Positions 1 through 11,439 of a stretch of 64,000 nucleotides of DNA are shown here, piece after piece. This stretch comes from Macrostomum lignano (lineage: Eukaryota). The translations under genes were made by a program, and so were the position numbers. The stretch spans positions 62,001 to 126,000 of the forward strand of contig NIVC01001456.1 in the NCBI GenBank assembly GCA_002269645.1. Reading direction: 5' to 3'. The notes below the pieces were generated by a model. It was not told the origin of the DNA. It saw nothing but the letters and a program-made list of their open reading frames with translations, and did no database searches. Each line of letters begins with the position of its first letter. Within the stretch, counting starts at the first letter, position 1.

Positions 1-189
1 GCAGTCGGTGCTGCGATTAATGCTGAAGGCGCAATCTCAGCGGACAGGCGTGCACCCCGGGTTTGTGGCGCGCTCCCGGCTTCTACTAATTTGCTCTACT
101 AATTTGCTAATTACTAAATTTGCTTCTACTAATTTGCTTTCACTGACTAATAAGTCAGTGAATTACATCCCGGATGAGGCTTCACTTAC

Positions 190-431
190 ACTTCGTCGGG
201 CGTGAGCTCCACAGCCAGACGAATCACCAGCAGTCTCTCGGAGCTGTCCAGGCTGCGGTACAGCGTGTAGTTGGTGAAGTTGGCTGGCACGCAGTCGTCC
301 AGCAGGCAGGAGATGCAGTGCAGGTAGTACATCAGCCTGGCCACATTGTCGTTTGGTACGGCTGCCGTAGTGCCAGAGTGTTCAATGCGCAGTCGCTGGT
401 TCTCAAATCGAGCAAGTGCTAATTGACTCAT
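190..431 (-). CDS. CaaX-family paralogue 1, exon 1 only (rest lies left of the window)
   Basis: 75/81 aa identical to exon 1 of the paralogue at 6728-6487. Same phase-2 donor (GAA GT|GTAAGT at 189). The start of intron 1 is also similar between the two copies. Confidence 0.8.
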
Positions 432-1179
432 TTCGGCTTGTTCGGAAATTTGATTTGGGCACCTGTTGAGGTTTTTTATCGTTTTTGCCTAATTTTATCC
501 GTTTTTATAGGCTAAAATGTTTTGCCTTTCAAGATAAGACAAGATAAGACAAGAGAAGAGTGGAAGGAAGAGAGATGAGGGGAGAGAAGAGAGATGAGGA
601 GAGAGAAGAAAGATGAGGGGAGACAAGAGAGATGAGTAATATGTGTACCATGTCACTATGTGTACCCAAGGACCACTAGAAGTTACCGTTGTCCCATGAT
701 TTTGCGGGCCGCACGGCCCACGGAATCGTCAATGTGTGCCCGCGATTTTAGTCTATGGCATTTATTATTAAGCGTAGAAAAACATAAATTTATCGAAGTA
801 ACAGTACATGCTAGCCAGCATAACAAAAGTACATTTATAAATGTGACATAGTGACACGATGAACTTTGCTATAGGTTGCATGCACTGTAGTGTTGACTCG
901 CTAGCAGTGAAGTTGTTATTGATCGGCTTAGAGATTGTATTTTATTCCACCCCACCCCATGCGCGCGTTTGAATCTGTCTGCACCCACCACCTCAGTGCT
1001 AAATAATAAATGTGAACAGCCTGGCTCTCAAACGAGCACCTTTTACTCACTCCTGCAATTCCACACTTCTGCCTCGCTTAACAAAGTTATCACAATAAAC
1101 AATACGTCAATAGCAGAATAGTTCATCAATGCTTCATCAAAAGCCATGCAGCGTTAAAGATAGAAGCTGAGTCTTACAC

Positions 1180-1530
1180 CGTCTTTCTCAAGCACTGTTT
1201 GTCTCCTTTACAAATCGATGGATACTAGCCCGAAAGCCACGAATCGTATCCGGTGCATAGGTCTTCGTTCCAAGCACAGGATTAGCTCGCAGACTTACGT
1301 ACCAGAGGCGCAGATAGCCGTCTAAGTAGCTTTCAATGTCATCAGGCAGGTTTTTCTCTCGAAGAAATTTCTTGAACCGATTAATTTGATTCTTAGTGGT
1401 TGCTAAGGTGGATGCCGACTTTGACGACTGTTCAAGTCGTTTGATGTCCTCTAGTTCTTGTACATCTAAGTCGCGATACGAATCTTCCTGAGTCCGTAGT
1501 TGATATGAAATTGAATTGGCTGCAGAGTCT
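1180..1530 (-). mobile_element. Degenerate Crypton-like (DUF3504/tyrosine recombinase N-terminal) fragment
   Basis: Manual minus-strand translation gives SKSASTLATTKNQINRFKKFL, then after a frameshift LDGYLRLWYVSLR...YAPDTIRGFRASIHRF. This parallels the motif order of the ORF at 3134-2406. Not in the ORF track. Confidence 0.6.
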
Positions 1531-2124
1531 ATAGAAAATTTTGTCCTTTTATATATTGTTCTAAAAGTGGAAGTTCCTTATTTTACAATAAGATACTAAA
1601 GATTAGCTTCAATTCGCCCCCAGGTCAGGCACCCCTAGCCCGCCCAACTATGCACACTCAGCATTTACACTCTACATGTATTGCGCTCGGACTTTGAGAG
1701 AGTACTAAACCCAATACTTCTGCAATGCACCGGAGCGAATCTCTGTCTATTATAGTTAGTAGTTAGCTGGAAATACGACTCGTACTCTTAGCGATTTCCT
1801 TCCTCCCACATCTCCCACAAATCTACCCATCTCTACCACCTATTCCCATGTCTATCCAACTCTCCACACTTTTACACACCTATTAACACGTTTAACCACC
1901 CATTTCCACCACTAGCCATGACTTCTATCCACCCTTACCCACCGCGCTCTAACCCTCCGAACTGAAAATTTGCTAACAAAAAATTATCGAGAAAATACTG
2001 AAAGCTATAGCTGTCACTTCATCTGTTTTCAATATTCAAAAGCGTAGGGGCTCACTTATACAGAAAAATGTACTCGACTAACATACCATTATATAACCAG
2101 GCAGTTTTGGTTTTTTCCATCCAG

Positions 2125-2282
2125 TTTCATCCAGTTGCGAAAAATCAAGCTAAAATCAAATCAAGCTAAAATCAAATCAAGCTATTTTTCCATCCAGTTG
2201 CGAAAAATCAAGCTAAAATCAAATCAAGCTAAAATCAAATCAAGCTATTTTTCCATCCAGTTGCGAAAAATCAAGCTAAAAA
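2125..2282. repeat. 63-bp tandem repeat, ~2.5 units
   Basis: CCAGTTGCGAAAAATCAAGCT recurs at 2131, 2194 and 2257. Confidence 0.9.
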
Positions 2283-2328
2283 AGCAATGTAATTATTAGT
2301 TATTACCTAATTCACTGGAACTGAATTA

Positions 2329-4202
2329 TAGCATTTTGCAGTCAAGTTTGAACTGCGGGCATTGTATCACGCTGGCGCGCGTTAGATGCACGATTTACTG
2401 TGCGTCTAATGTAGGTGTCTATGGCAATTTTCTATCTGAGTAAAGGCAACAAGCGTGCGTCTAACGCGTGCGTGTAATGCACGGAAAGTGAGTAGCACCT
2501 CTGGAGATTTCCGATCGAAGTAGTCAGACAGCCTCTTCAGATCAACAGGCTCGATCGATTGGAAGTGTCGGGCGCGTCCGCCTCGGGCAATGAAGATTCT
2601 GCCCATTGACTTCAGTGTCGTATTGGAAGCATAGAATGCGTCGTCAGTTAGAATATTGATTCGCCTTGTCGACATGAAATGCCGGTAGAGCGCAGCTCGG
2701 ATACAAATCAACGTGGCTGGAGCAAAGTATTCGCCATTCCTCTTGCGAAGTGAGCCATAGAAGTATCGAAATAGACTGTCGATCTCGCGCGGTGTAGAAG
2801 TCGCCAAATCACGCTGAACTGACGGATGGTTCTCCATGAAGCTCTGCAACTTACCGACATAATATTCGGTAGCCTTTGTCACACTTTTACTAGCAGCGGT
2901 GTCCTCGATTTCGGAAACGAGCTGTTCCAATTCAAGTAGTTCAGCTTCTTCGTCAGGTATCTTCTTGAAAAGTGCCTCCAGAAGATCCTCCTCTTCTCGA
3001 TCAATTGCCGACTCCGGTAGATTATCAGGCTCGTTCAGAATGTTGTCAATCTCATTGGTGGACAAGCCGGAAATCATTTCGTTTGGAAATTTGCTCAGAT
3101 TCAGAAGTCTGACTTTAGTTGGTGGCTCAGCCATATTCTCTCACAAGTGATTTTAATTTAGCAGCTTCTTATTCCCTTCTTCGCAACACTCAATCAACTT
3201 GCGTGCCTTTCACGCATTTTTGTCTATGGTTAAGACAAATTAACTGAGCGTGCATCTAACGCGCCATCTAAAGTATTAAGCCAACGTAATACAATGCAAC
3301 TCATACATCGATTTTGCGCGCTCAAATGGTCTATGCACGAGTGCGCAGCGCACGAGTCAGTGCATAGACCATTCAAGCACGCAAAATCGATGTATGAATC
3401 CTTCATTCAAATTAGACGCTTGACCAGATCTCACTGCTGGCACAAATGCTATCTATGGCCTAGACAAAATCACACTGGTGGGCACTCAACTCAGACAAGG
3501 GGCATTCAAATTAGACAAGTTCTCAGGCGCATTGGCTGGGCAATTCAAGATCGTGTTGCGTCTGTTGTCAGACAACGATTCTGTGAACCCTGAACTCGCT
3601 TCAGGTACATCGCCATCTCTTGACAGGATTTTCATCGAAAAAAGTTGTCCATCCAGTGCTCGAGAGACTGTTGAAATGTCAATCGTTGGTATTGCGGGAA
3701 ACTCAGACAGAAGCGATTCCCGCATTTGCCCGAGTGTCATCAGAGGGTTGGCATTCAACAAGGCGGCCAGATGGTCCTTCATTGCAGGATTCATTCGACG
3801 GTGCCTGGCTCCTCCCCTTGGTAGCGCGTATCGCTGGCCATCCTGAACAAACTTGTTCCATATGTTGTACACTGATGATCTCTTGACATCCAACATGTTG
3901 GCAATTTCAGCCACAGAGTCACCACGTTGGCATGCCCCAATAATGAGGTCACGCTTCTCTCTGGAAATTCTTGCATAGCGACGAATCGGATTGTCCATGG
4001 TCTTTCTCTCTGGCACACATAGACTTTCCGCTGCTTGTCTAATTTGAATGCCCGTTGTCTAAATTGAGTGCCCGTCAGTGTGTTTCAGTTTGTGCCACAG
4101 ACATAAAGTTCTGCTTGACTTGGGGACGGATTCTGAAATTTGGCTCTTCCCTTCTTGTCTAATTTGAATGCCCGCAGTTCAAACCTTGACTGCAAAATGC
4201 TA
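2329..4202 (-). mobile_element. Internally deleted Tc1/IS630-type DNA transposon with TIRs
   Basis: Left end TAGCATTTTGCAGTCAAGTTTGAACTGCGGGCATT matches the reverse complement of 4157-4202 apart from one indel, with TA flanks. ORF 4016-3486 encodes a paired-like HTH DNA-binding region (DSVAEIANMLDVKRSSVYNIWNKF...ISTVSRAL) with no DDE domain. A ~20-bp subterminal repeat CTTGTCTAATTTGAATGCCC occurs at both ends. Confidence 0.8.
2364..3407 (-). mobile_element. Crypton-like element (ORF 3134-2406) inserted inside the left TIR of the Tc1-type element
   Basis: The ORF has the Crypton/ZMYM/KCTD1-type core (IDSLFRYFYGSLRKRNGEYFAPATLICIRAALYRHF...NILTDDAF) but no catalytic C-terminal half. The insert is bounded by CATT direct repeats (2360-2363, 3404-3407), and the interrupted TIR resumes as CAAATTAGAC at 3408. 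Confidence 0.7.
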
Positions 4203-4429
4203 TATAAAGGACTAAAAGAGGATTTATTGAAAGACGACAATCACACCATTAACACGCAAATGATTCTTTAATCAAACCATACAAAAATACCGAAGCAGAA
4301 ACATTACAGAAAACCGCATCAAATTACGGTCTGATAAGCAGAACTCAATCAAGGATTCAACAGTCTAAAATAGATTTGCTTGTAAAAAAGTTGCATTCCG
4401 GTCTGTTAGCAGTCGTTTCACTCTTCAGC

Positions 4430-6728
4430 CTACAGCAGAGTGCAGCCTGAGCTTGACTTTCTGCAACAAAATACAGGCGGTGAGAGAATCAAGCAATTCC
4501 TGCTTTTCATTGTCTATGGCTTAACGATGACGTTAGGGGGTTAGAGAGCCCAGCTCAGTGGTTAGAGAGTCGGACGCACGACTTGAAGGTCGGGGGTTCG
4601 ATTCCCGATACCACTCGAACAATTTGTGTCCTTGAGCAAGACACTTAACTCTGCATTGGTTCGGTTCACCCAGCTGTAAAATGGGTGCCAGCATAAGCTG
4701 GGGTAATTGAGGGTGTGTGTGGCGAGCCCCCCCCCCATGTCCTTTAACTGAACAGCCGTACGCAGCCTTCAGATGTGCCGCGCAATAGCTGCGTTCGTGC
4801 TGTCGGTTGCATATATGGCCTAATTGAGGCAGGTGTACGCTCGTTATAAATTATTATTTCTACATGCACACTCGATTGTGCGGAGTGAAGTGATCGATAA
4901 AGTCTAAAATGCTATACTAGTATGCCTTTCGAATAGATGAATGAATCTGACCAAAGCATACCTTCGAGCGGTCGCCTGTTCCCGCTGCATCTCCGAGCGG
5001 ATTTCCATCAGCGGGTTCAGGTAGTTTCTGTTCAGCCAGCCCTGCGTGTAGGCCATGACCTCGATCAGCTTCTGGCTGCTGCCGACCTGTCGTTGCAGGG
5101 CCATCATGGCGGCGCCGCCAGACTGAATCCCGAGAGCGGTCAGTGTCTCGCTGAGCGACGAGAACTTGAGGAACATGTTGCATTTGTCTTCTGGGAGGCG
5201 GGACACTGGGATGAACAGTGGCCTGAATTGACAATGTTTGAATATTAGTGATTTATCGCGATAGATTTTTAATGAACGCATTATATGCATAGCTTAAAGA
5301 TGCGTAAGCGTGTTTTTTGTGCTGCAAGCGATATCTAAAACCGTGCTAAATGCTCTTTCAGCTTAAAAAATTAGAATTTAGCAAATAAAGCATTGAATTA
5401 CAACGAAGTTTATCTGGACAGAAGTTTTTTGCTTGGTTCAAATTAAAAACTCTACTTTTCCCCATCTGGTCCCAAAGGGAGAGCATTACGGCATATGCTT
5501 AGGATTATAAATGATTCTAGATTGTAGATTAGTAGTACGAGTAGCATAAAACGGCCGCAGGAAATTCCGTGGAAATACCGTGACTAGTTCGCGTACTAGA
5601 GAGATAGCTGGCAATGTTAAAAATAGTAGCGCCAGGACGATCAGCCGTTGCTCATTGAGAATAGAAGAGATAAAGTTTTGGGGGAAAGCGCAGAAAGAGG
5701 TGTGCACAGGTGGCAGCCCTATAATTGCTTAAGGCTTACAAGCCATTGAGCACCAGATATTGAGCAACTATTGCAACTATAACCATTTCTCAGTAAGCCA
5801 CGCCCTGGCAGTACTATCTTAAACATTGCCACGTATCTCTTCAGTAGATAAACTAGTAACGGAATTTCCACGGAATTTCCACGGATTTTCCCCAGTTGTC
5901 TTCTTTCAACTTCTAACTTCTTCTCTGCTTTGGGTAGGAAAATGTGAGCACAAATCTCTGTGTGAGCTTAGATTTCTGAACAATTTAGACTACTGAAAAA
6001 GTAGCCGAATAAGGATTTGAATCGCAAACTTTTACCGCATAAAAAGAAACGTCTGTAAAGACTGAGAGTGGTGGGAGAGGACGGGCGTATGACTGACTGA
6101 CGAAGGCAAACAATAAGCTAGAAATCCAGTGTCGATCTGCCAAAGCGAGGTTGGACCCCCACTTTTAGTGTGTCACACTGTGTCTAGACAAGGTTCCTAT
6201 CGAGGTACTTACTAACACTTACTTAGGTTACTCGCCTGTGTTAGAATTCTATTTAACTATCAGTATTAACAAATTGAATTTTTCATGCACACTACGGTAT
6301 GAGATTCGCTTCACATTCTTTTCTCACTACTCGACAGTAGACGTTCTTTTAATTGTATGGCGGCGTTGTTCCAGCCGTTCTTCAATACAACGGCTCTACG
6401 GCTAAGTTTGGTGATGTTGTCATTGATTACTTCTACTAATTTGAAAACAAGTCAGTGAACTACATCCCGGATGAGACTCCACTTACACCTTGTCGGGCGT
6501 GAGCTCCACAGCCAGACGAATCACTAGCAGTCTCTCGGAGCTGTCCAGACTGCGGTACAGCCTGTAGTTGGTGAGGTTGGCTGGCACGCAGTCGTCCAGC
6601 AGGCAGGAGATGCAGTGCAGGTAGTACATCAGCCTGGCCACATTGTCGTTTGGCACGTCTACCGTAGTGCCAGAGTTTTCAATGCGCAGTCGCTGGTTCT
6701 CAAATCGGGCAAGAGCTAACTGACTCAT
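4430..6728 (-). CDS. CaaX-family paralogue 2, 3 exons, 177 aa, ends RRKSSSGCTLL*
   Basis: Exons 6728-6487, 5222-4962 and 4460-4430. Both introns are phase 2 with GT-AG sites, giving a 534-nt open frame to TAG. Same exon structure as the paralogue at 13300-14090. Confidence 0.85.
4536..4815 (+). mobile_element. tRNA-derived SINE family 1 with a CORE(MIR)-like central domain
   Basis: A-box-like TGGTTAGAG and B-box GGTTCGATTCC, followed by GTGTCCTTGAGCAAGACACTTAAC...CTGTAAAATGGG. Three dispersed copies in the window. Confidence 0.8.
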
Positions 6729-7457
6729 TGTCTCGTGTCAGGCTTTGCGGTCGTTCGTTTGCGGACTTTATGAGCTAGAGAAATTTGTGTTTAGAATTTG
6801 TGTATTTCTTTATATAGGTCTTTTTTTGCTACAGATGGCTCATTACTGGCATGTTTGGAATTTCGAAAGGGTGCACTTGTGCTTATCAAAGTTTTGTCGA
6901 ACTGACTGACTTGAGATTCAGCTTCAAACAGTTTTAAAAAGTTTCTAGCAGCATCCGAAATGCTAGGAGTTGACATTTAGTTGCGGTCAGACTTGCTTGA
7001 GTTTTTGCCTGACCCGCTGTCAAGACGCCAAATACCTGCAGTGTGATTGTTTTAATCTCCGTGATAGTGCATATAATTATAAAAAATACCGCACCACTTC
7101 GGTAAGGCATAATTCGAACTTGTTATCAAAGTGGAAGGTCTAAGGTTCTGGAACTCGGGCGCTTATCAGGAATTCTTAGCGATTGAGAGTTGCACAAAGC
7201 GGTGGGCAATATAAATAATTTTATCATTGTTTTCAAAGTCAACGAGCTCTTTTTCTTAAATTTTTCTGGCTTTGGACTGTTCAGCTGGGGCTTATCTTGA
7301 GGATGTTGACAAAAAATCAGCATGACTTTACAGTAAGATAGTGAAAGCAACAGATAATAAAATAGCAGCGCTTCAATTAAATTCTCAAAACGATTTTCTC
7401 AACGCAAAAAGTAAATTTATCACTTCCTATCATACTGCAATTCACCCGCCAGCAGGG

Positions 7458-8740
7458 ATGAGTCAGGTAGCTCTGGGACAAATGAGGCAGCGCCAGCTGC
7501 ATGTAAAGAGAAATCTACTACACCTGCCAATGTGCCAGATGACGACGTTGCACGCCTGATATACTACTTGAGTTGCATAAGAAATGTACTGCCTGATTGC
7601 ATGCCAGCCCACCTGACAAACTACTCCAACTAAAACAATCTGAGCCACTGGTAATTGAGATCGCCAAGGCGTTCCCGCCGAGCAAAATGTGAGCACCCGC
7701 ATCGTGGAAAAAGACTTTCGCGCTGCGACCCCCGGTTCGATTCCACACGCGGCCACATTCATTGCTTGTGCATGGAAATTGGCCGAATGGATTATCGAAC
7801 GATTAACACCCTGCGCAGGGCCCTGCTTGGACTCAACCGCAGGGACATCAGGGCGGTGAATATGGCCCTCTCGGGTCATGGCTGTTTTGCCAGGCATCGT
7901 CACCTCCAGAAGAAAATCCGCAGTGAGGAATGCCCATTCTGCCTTTCCGGTGTCGAGAATGCGGAGCACTTCATCTGTGAATGCCCCGCCTTTACTCAGG
8001 ACAGGCTCACCTACCTCAGCCCAAACCTGAACCTCTCCGACGTTTTCGAGCCCAAGAATCTCGGCCAGCTCGTCCGCTACCTAAAGGCTACCGGGCGAGC
8101 GACAATCTACCTCCTGGACTCTCCGGAGGGGAACCGCGCTGCGGACACCGGCACCACCGAATCTCCCTGCGCGACACCGCACAACTAGCTGCCCGTGGTC
8201 GCCAGGGGTTAGCAAAATGGGCGGCAACGCCTCCTCGCTGTTTCCGGACGCACGGAGCCCCCTGCAGCTGAGTCAAGTCAAGTGCTCAGGAGTCAGCGGA
8301 ATGGGCAGAGTCGCCTCACAACTGGCTGTGGGACGATGTCGCCGAAAGTTGCGCCAGGTTGCCTCACGACCCTATAGTCGTAATTTTACACTTGCTCCCT
8401 GTTGCTGCCTCGAGGGCCGACGCAAGCTTGCAGGTCCCAAACTGGCAGGCGCTGACCCATTGAGCAAAGGGTATCCTCCTTTCCTCACCTTTGCCCTGAT
8501 CTTTTTCAGCCCGCTAGCTCGTATTTTTCAAAGTTGAAAATGCCGGCGAACGATGCGGTGCCTTTCTGAAGTTCACTTCGCTGGAGGAGACGATCAGCGC
8601 CCTGGGAATTGAAAGTGACGGAGCCACCGTGATGGCTCTCAGACGGCAGGCGTCATCGGAGCACCTGCTCGAAGTGTTTGTCTACGAGGAGGCCTGGGTT
8701 CGCAGAAACTACTGAGAAAGATTCTGGAAGAGTAAGTTTT
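7458..8740 (+). pseudogene. CaaX-family paralogue 3, pseudogene
   Basis: Exon 1 (7458-7688) reads MSQVALGQMRQRQL..VPDDDVARLIYYLSC..LTNYSN*, with a frameshift, an in-frame TAA and a deletion, and keeps the AT|GTGAG donor. Exon 2 starts near 8510 (FLKFTSLEETISALGI..VFVYEEAWVRRNY*) and has a premature TGA at 8713-8715. Confidence 0.8.
7695..8385 (+). mobile_element. 5'-truncated non-LTR retrotransposon (I/LOA-like), C-terminal CCHC finger plus 3' UTR, in intron 1 of the pseudogene
   Basis: LSGHGCFARH..CPFCLSGVENAEHFICECP is a C-x2-C-x8-H-x4-C motif typical of LINE ORF2 C-termini. Stop at 8188. Confidence 0.8.
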
Positions 8741-8899
8741 ATTGCCGCCATAACACACGAATTGCCATCAATCGCACATTTGTATAGTTATAAAGGATGT
8801 TTTGAAATTTGATTACTTGATATTTTTTGCATTAGACCAAGGTGTGAAACCGGTGCGAGACGATGGATAAGACTGAAAACTTTTCGCTGCTTAGGTCTA

Positions 8900-9594
8900 C
8901 TTAGATTGTAACAGGAGATGAGACTTGGGTCTACGAATGGGATCCTGAGCTGAAGCGCCAGTCAGCACAGTGGCTTCCAAGGGGATCAGCAAGCCTGGAG
9001 AAGGTGCAGCGCAAGCAGAGTTCAACGAAGGTGATGCACATTATCTTCTTCGACGTCCGTGGCATTCTGGTGGACTGGTCTGTGCCAGTCGGTACCAAGG
9101 TGAACGCCGAATATTACAAATGGATTCTGCAGGAGAAACTGCGACCGGCGATCAGAAAGAAGCGACCTGGCTTGCTGGAGAGAGGCGTCATTTTTCATCA
9201 CGACAATGCGCCTGTGCACCGCGCCAGAAGAGTGGAAGAGCTCCTGGAGTCCTGGGACTGGGAAGTTCTGCCTCAGCCGCGCTATTCGCCTGACTTGGCT
9301 CCGGCGGACTTCTACGTTTTCCCAAGGATGAAGGAGAGTCTTCGTGGTCAACGTTTTGTCTCGGTGGAACAGATTAATAACAGTGCTTCATCAGCTCTCC
9401 GGCATCTGGCCATCGGCGGTTGCAGAACTGCCTTTGAGGCGTGGGTGCGCCGCTGGCAGAAGTACGTTGACCTCGGCGGCAAATTTGTAGAGTAACTATG
9501 AGTTCATTTTGCAGTTGAAAAGTTTTGTTTATTTTTGGGTCACTAGTTTGTCTTTTATAGCATAGCGAAACTTACTTTTGGGATAGCCCTCGTA
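8900..9594 (+). mobile_element. mariner (DD34D) transposon, 3' half with right TIR
   Basis: IVTGDETWVY, HHDNAP and YSPDLAPADF are present, with 34 residues between the second and third Asp. TIR ...CTTTTGGGATAGCCCTCG followed by TA at 9593-9594. The N-terminal half and left TIR are absent. Confidence 0.92.
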
Positions 9595-9744
9595 GCTGTT
9601 CAAAATAGGTATCAATGGCTTGTGATCAGTGACAATTTCAAACTCATGAAGGCCCTCCAGGAAGAGTCTGCACTTCTGAGTCGCCTAAACCACAGCCAAC
9701 AGTTCTAACTCGATCATCGCATAACGCGACTCGGTCTCGGAAAT

Positions 9745-10412
9745 AAATCTAGAACCAGCTTAAACCACACGCCAGCTTCCGTCGGTCTGCTTTTGTTTCA
9801 GCAAGAAGCCGATTCCCTTCAATCGGGATGCATCCGTGTGAAAAGCTGTTAATTTGCGCTGGTCATAGTATGCAAGTGTGGGAGCGATTGCCAGTCGGCG
9901 ACGGGCTTCTTCAAACGCCGTTTGATGTTCGTCTCCAAATTGAAAAAGATTCTTCTCCGACAGAAGTGGTCTCAATGAAGCTGTGACTTCGGCGATTGCA
10001 GGCGTGAATGTGCCAACTTGGTTAACAAGGCAGAAGAAAGCTCAAAGATCTGTGATATTTTTTGGAGTTGGAAACTCGCGGATTGCTTTTACCAACTCCG
10101 GATTGATGCTGTAGCCATCAGCTGACACACGAAACCCAGCGAAGTCAACTTGCTGCTCACAGAAGACGAACTTCTTCTTATTTAAAGAGACTCCATTATC
10201 CTGACAGCATTTTAAGAATCTCCTTACTGACTGCATGTGCGACTCATTGTCGGAGGTTGCAATCAAGCAGTCATCAACGACATGTCGAACTTCTTTGAGT
10301 TCTTGAAAAGTTTGGTCTAGTCTTTGATTGTAGTTCTCTGATATGGAGCTAATTCCAAATGGTGCCATCTTGAACATTTAACGACCAAACGGTGTGATAA
10401 ACTGATAAACGA
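9745..10412 (-). mobile_element. Ty3/Gypsy-type LTR retrotransposon pol fragment (RT to start of RNase H), decayed
   Basis: APFGISS, VVDD (YxDD box), DFAGFRVS, FPTPKN and TDAS motifs in order, with an in-frame stop at 10042-10044. Confidence 0.88.
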
Positions 10413-10834
10413 CCAAAGGATGTTTTGAAATTTGATTATTTAATGTTTTTTGCATTAGACCAAGGTGTGAAACCGGCGCCAGACGATGGATAAGACTGAA
10501 AACTTTTCGCTACTTAGGTCGACACCATGACTGGCCTAGGTTACAACTACACCTTTTTACTGAAACTAAAGACTCCAGATATATCGGGAGTTTGAAAGTA
10601 TACGAAGTAACATCAGAATTTTAACATATTTTTTTATTTATTAGGTAAATGACACCTATTGTACGTATTTATTAGTGTTTGTATTCCTTGTTTTTTAACA
10701 GAAACTTGATTGTGCATACGGTAATAAGACACAATGGCGATATCACTGGTTTACTTAACCACTCTATTGAATTCACTCTCCAGGTCAGGAGGTTGTCGAT
10801 TCACACCCCAAGGGGGGGGGGGGCAAACCGCAAG

Positions 10835-11000
10835 TCACAGAGAGTGTACATGTCTGACGATTAGAAAGTCAGGGCCGCTGTACACCCTGTGTGAGCGCGT
10901 TTACGAGTGTGTGCCTCATCTGTAAAGTATTGGCGCTCTTGTGGGACGCAGTCGCTGTAGACATTGAGTCGGAGTGCTCACAGCCCTCCTTGGAATGTAC
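10835..11000 (+). mobile_element. SINE family 2, partial copy
   Basis: GTGTACATG..ACGAT..GGGCCGCTGTACAC..GAGTGTGTGCCT matches the body of the copies at 16921-17289 and 40155-40390. Confidence 0.65.
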
Positions 11001-11439
11001 AGATTTTACAGATTTTTATTAAACAAAAATAATTAAGTCTGAAGCCCTCACTCATTTTTTTGATACCTTGTACGAGTAAAAGCAGGGACAATGAAGACAC
11101 CACCCACGAGAAAAGCAAGAATCGCAATTATTTCCAGTTGCAGTGTGGCCATGTGGTACAAAAACAATAAAAAGACGGGCGAAGAGATTCCTGCTAACAA
11201 GCGCTTCGACACTTGACCCCCTCTCCAGTACTACTCGAGTTGGCGTACTCAGGCTGGTCTCATTGAGCAGTTCTTAACTTGGGTCTAAAAGGTTTGCACG
11301 CAATTCTTAGTGCGAATATCTTTTGCTTGGCTGGAGGGTGGGGTTCTGTCAAATTCCTTGAGTTATTTTGTAGAATTCCTGTCTAAAAGTTTTTCACCGC
11401 TTAAAAAAGCTGTTTATAGATCCGCCTTGCGCTTCTGTG

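Noticed and set aside
2406-4016. A single fused transposase-recombinase gene from the ORFs at 4016-3486 and 3134-2406
   Set aside because: The split TIR and CATT duplication show a nested insertion of two separately truncated elements.
4536-4615. tRNA genes at the SINE heads (also 16160-16240, 17215-17289 and 45790-45858)
   Set aside because: A and B boxes are present but there is no complete cloverleaf, and each continues into a shared SINE body.
8790-10520. The ~110-bp direct repeats as LTRs of the Gypsy fragment
   Set aside because: No TG...CA termini, PBS, PPT or target-site duplication, and the interior is unrelated debris in opposite orientations.
10853-10870. Minimal hammerhead ribozyme (CTGACGA-TTA-GAAA) in SINE family 2
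   Set aside because: No stem II or flanking stems are evident, and the core is not conserved in the other two copies.
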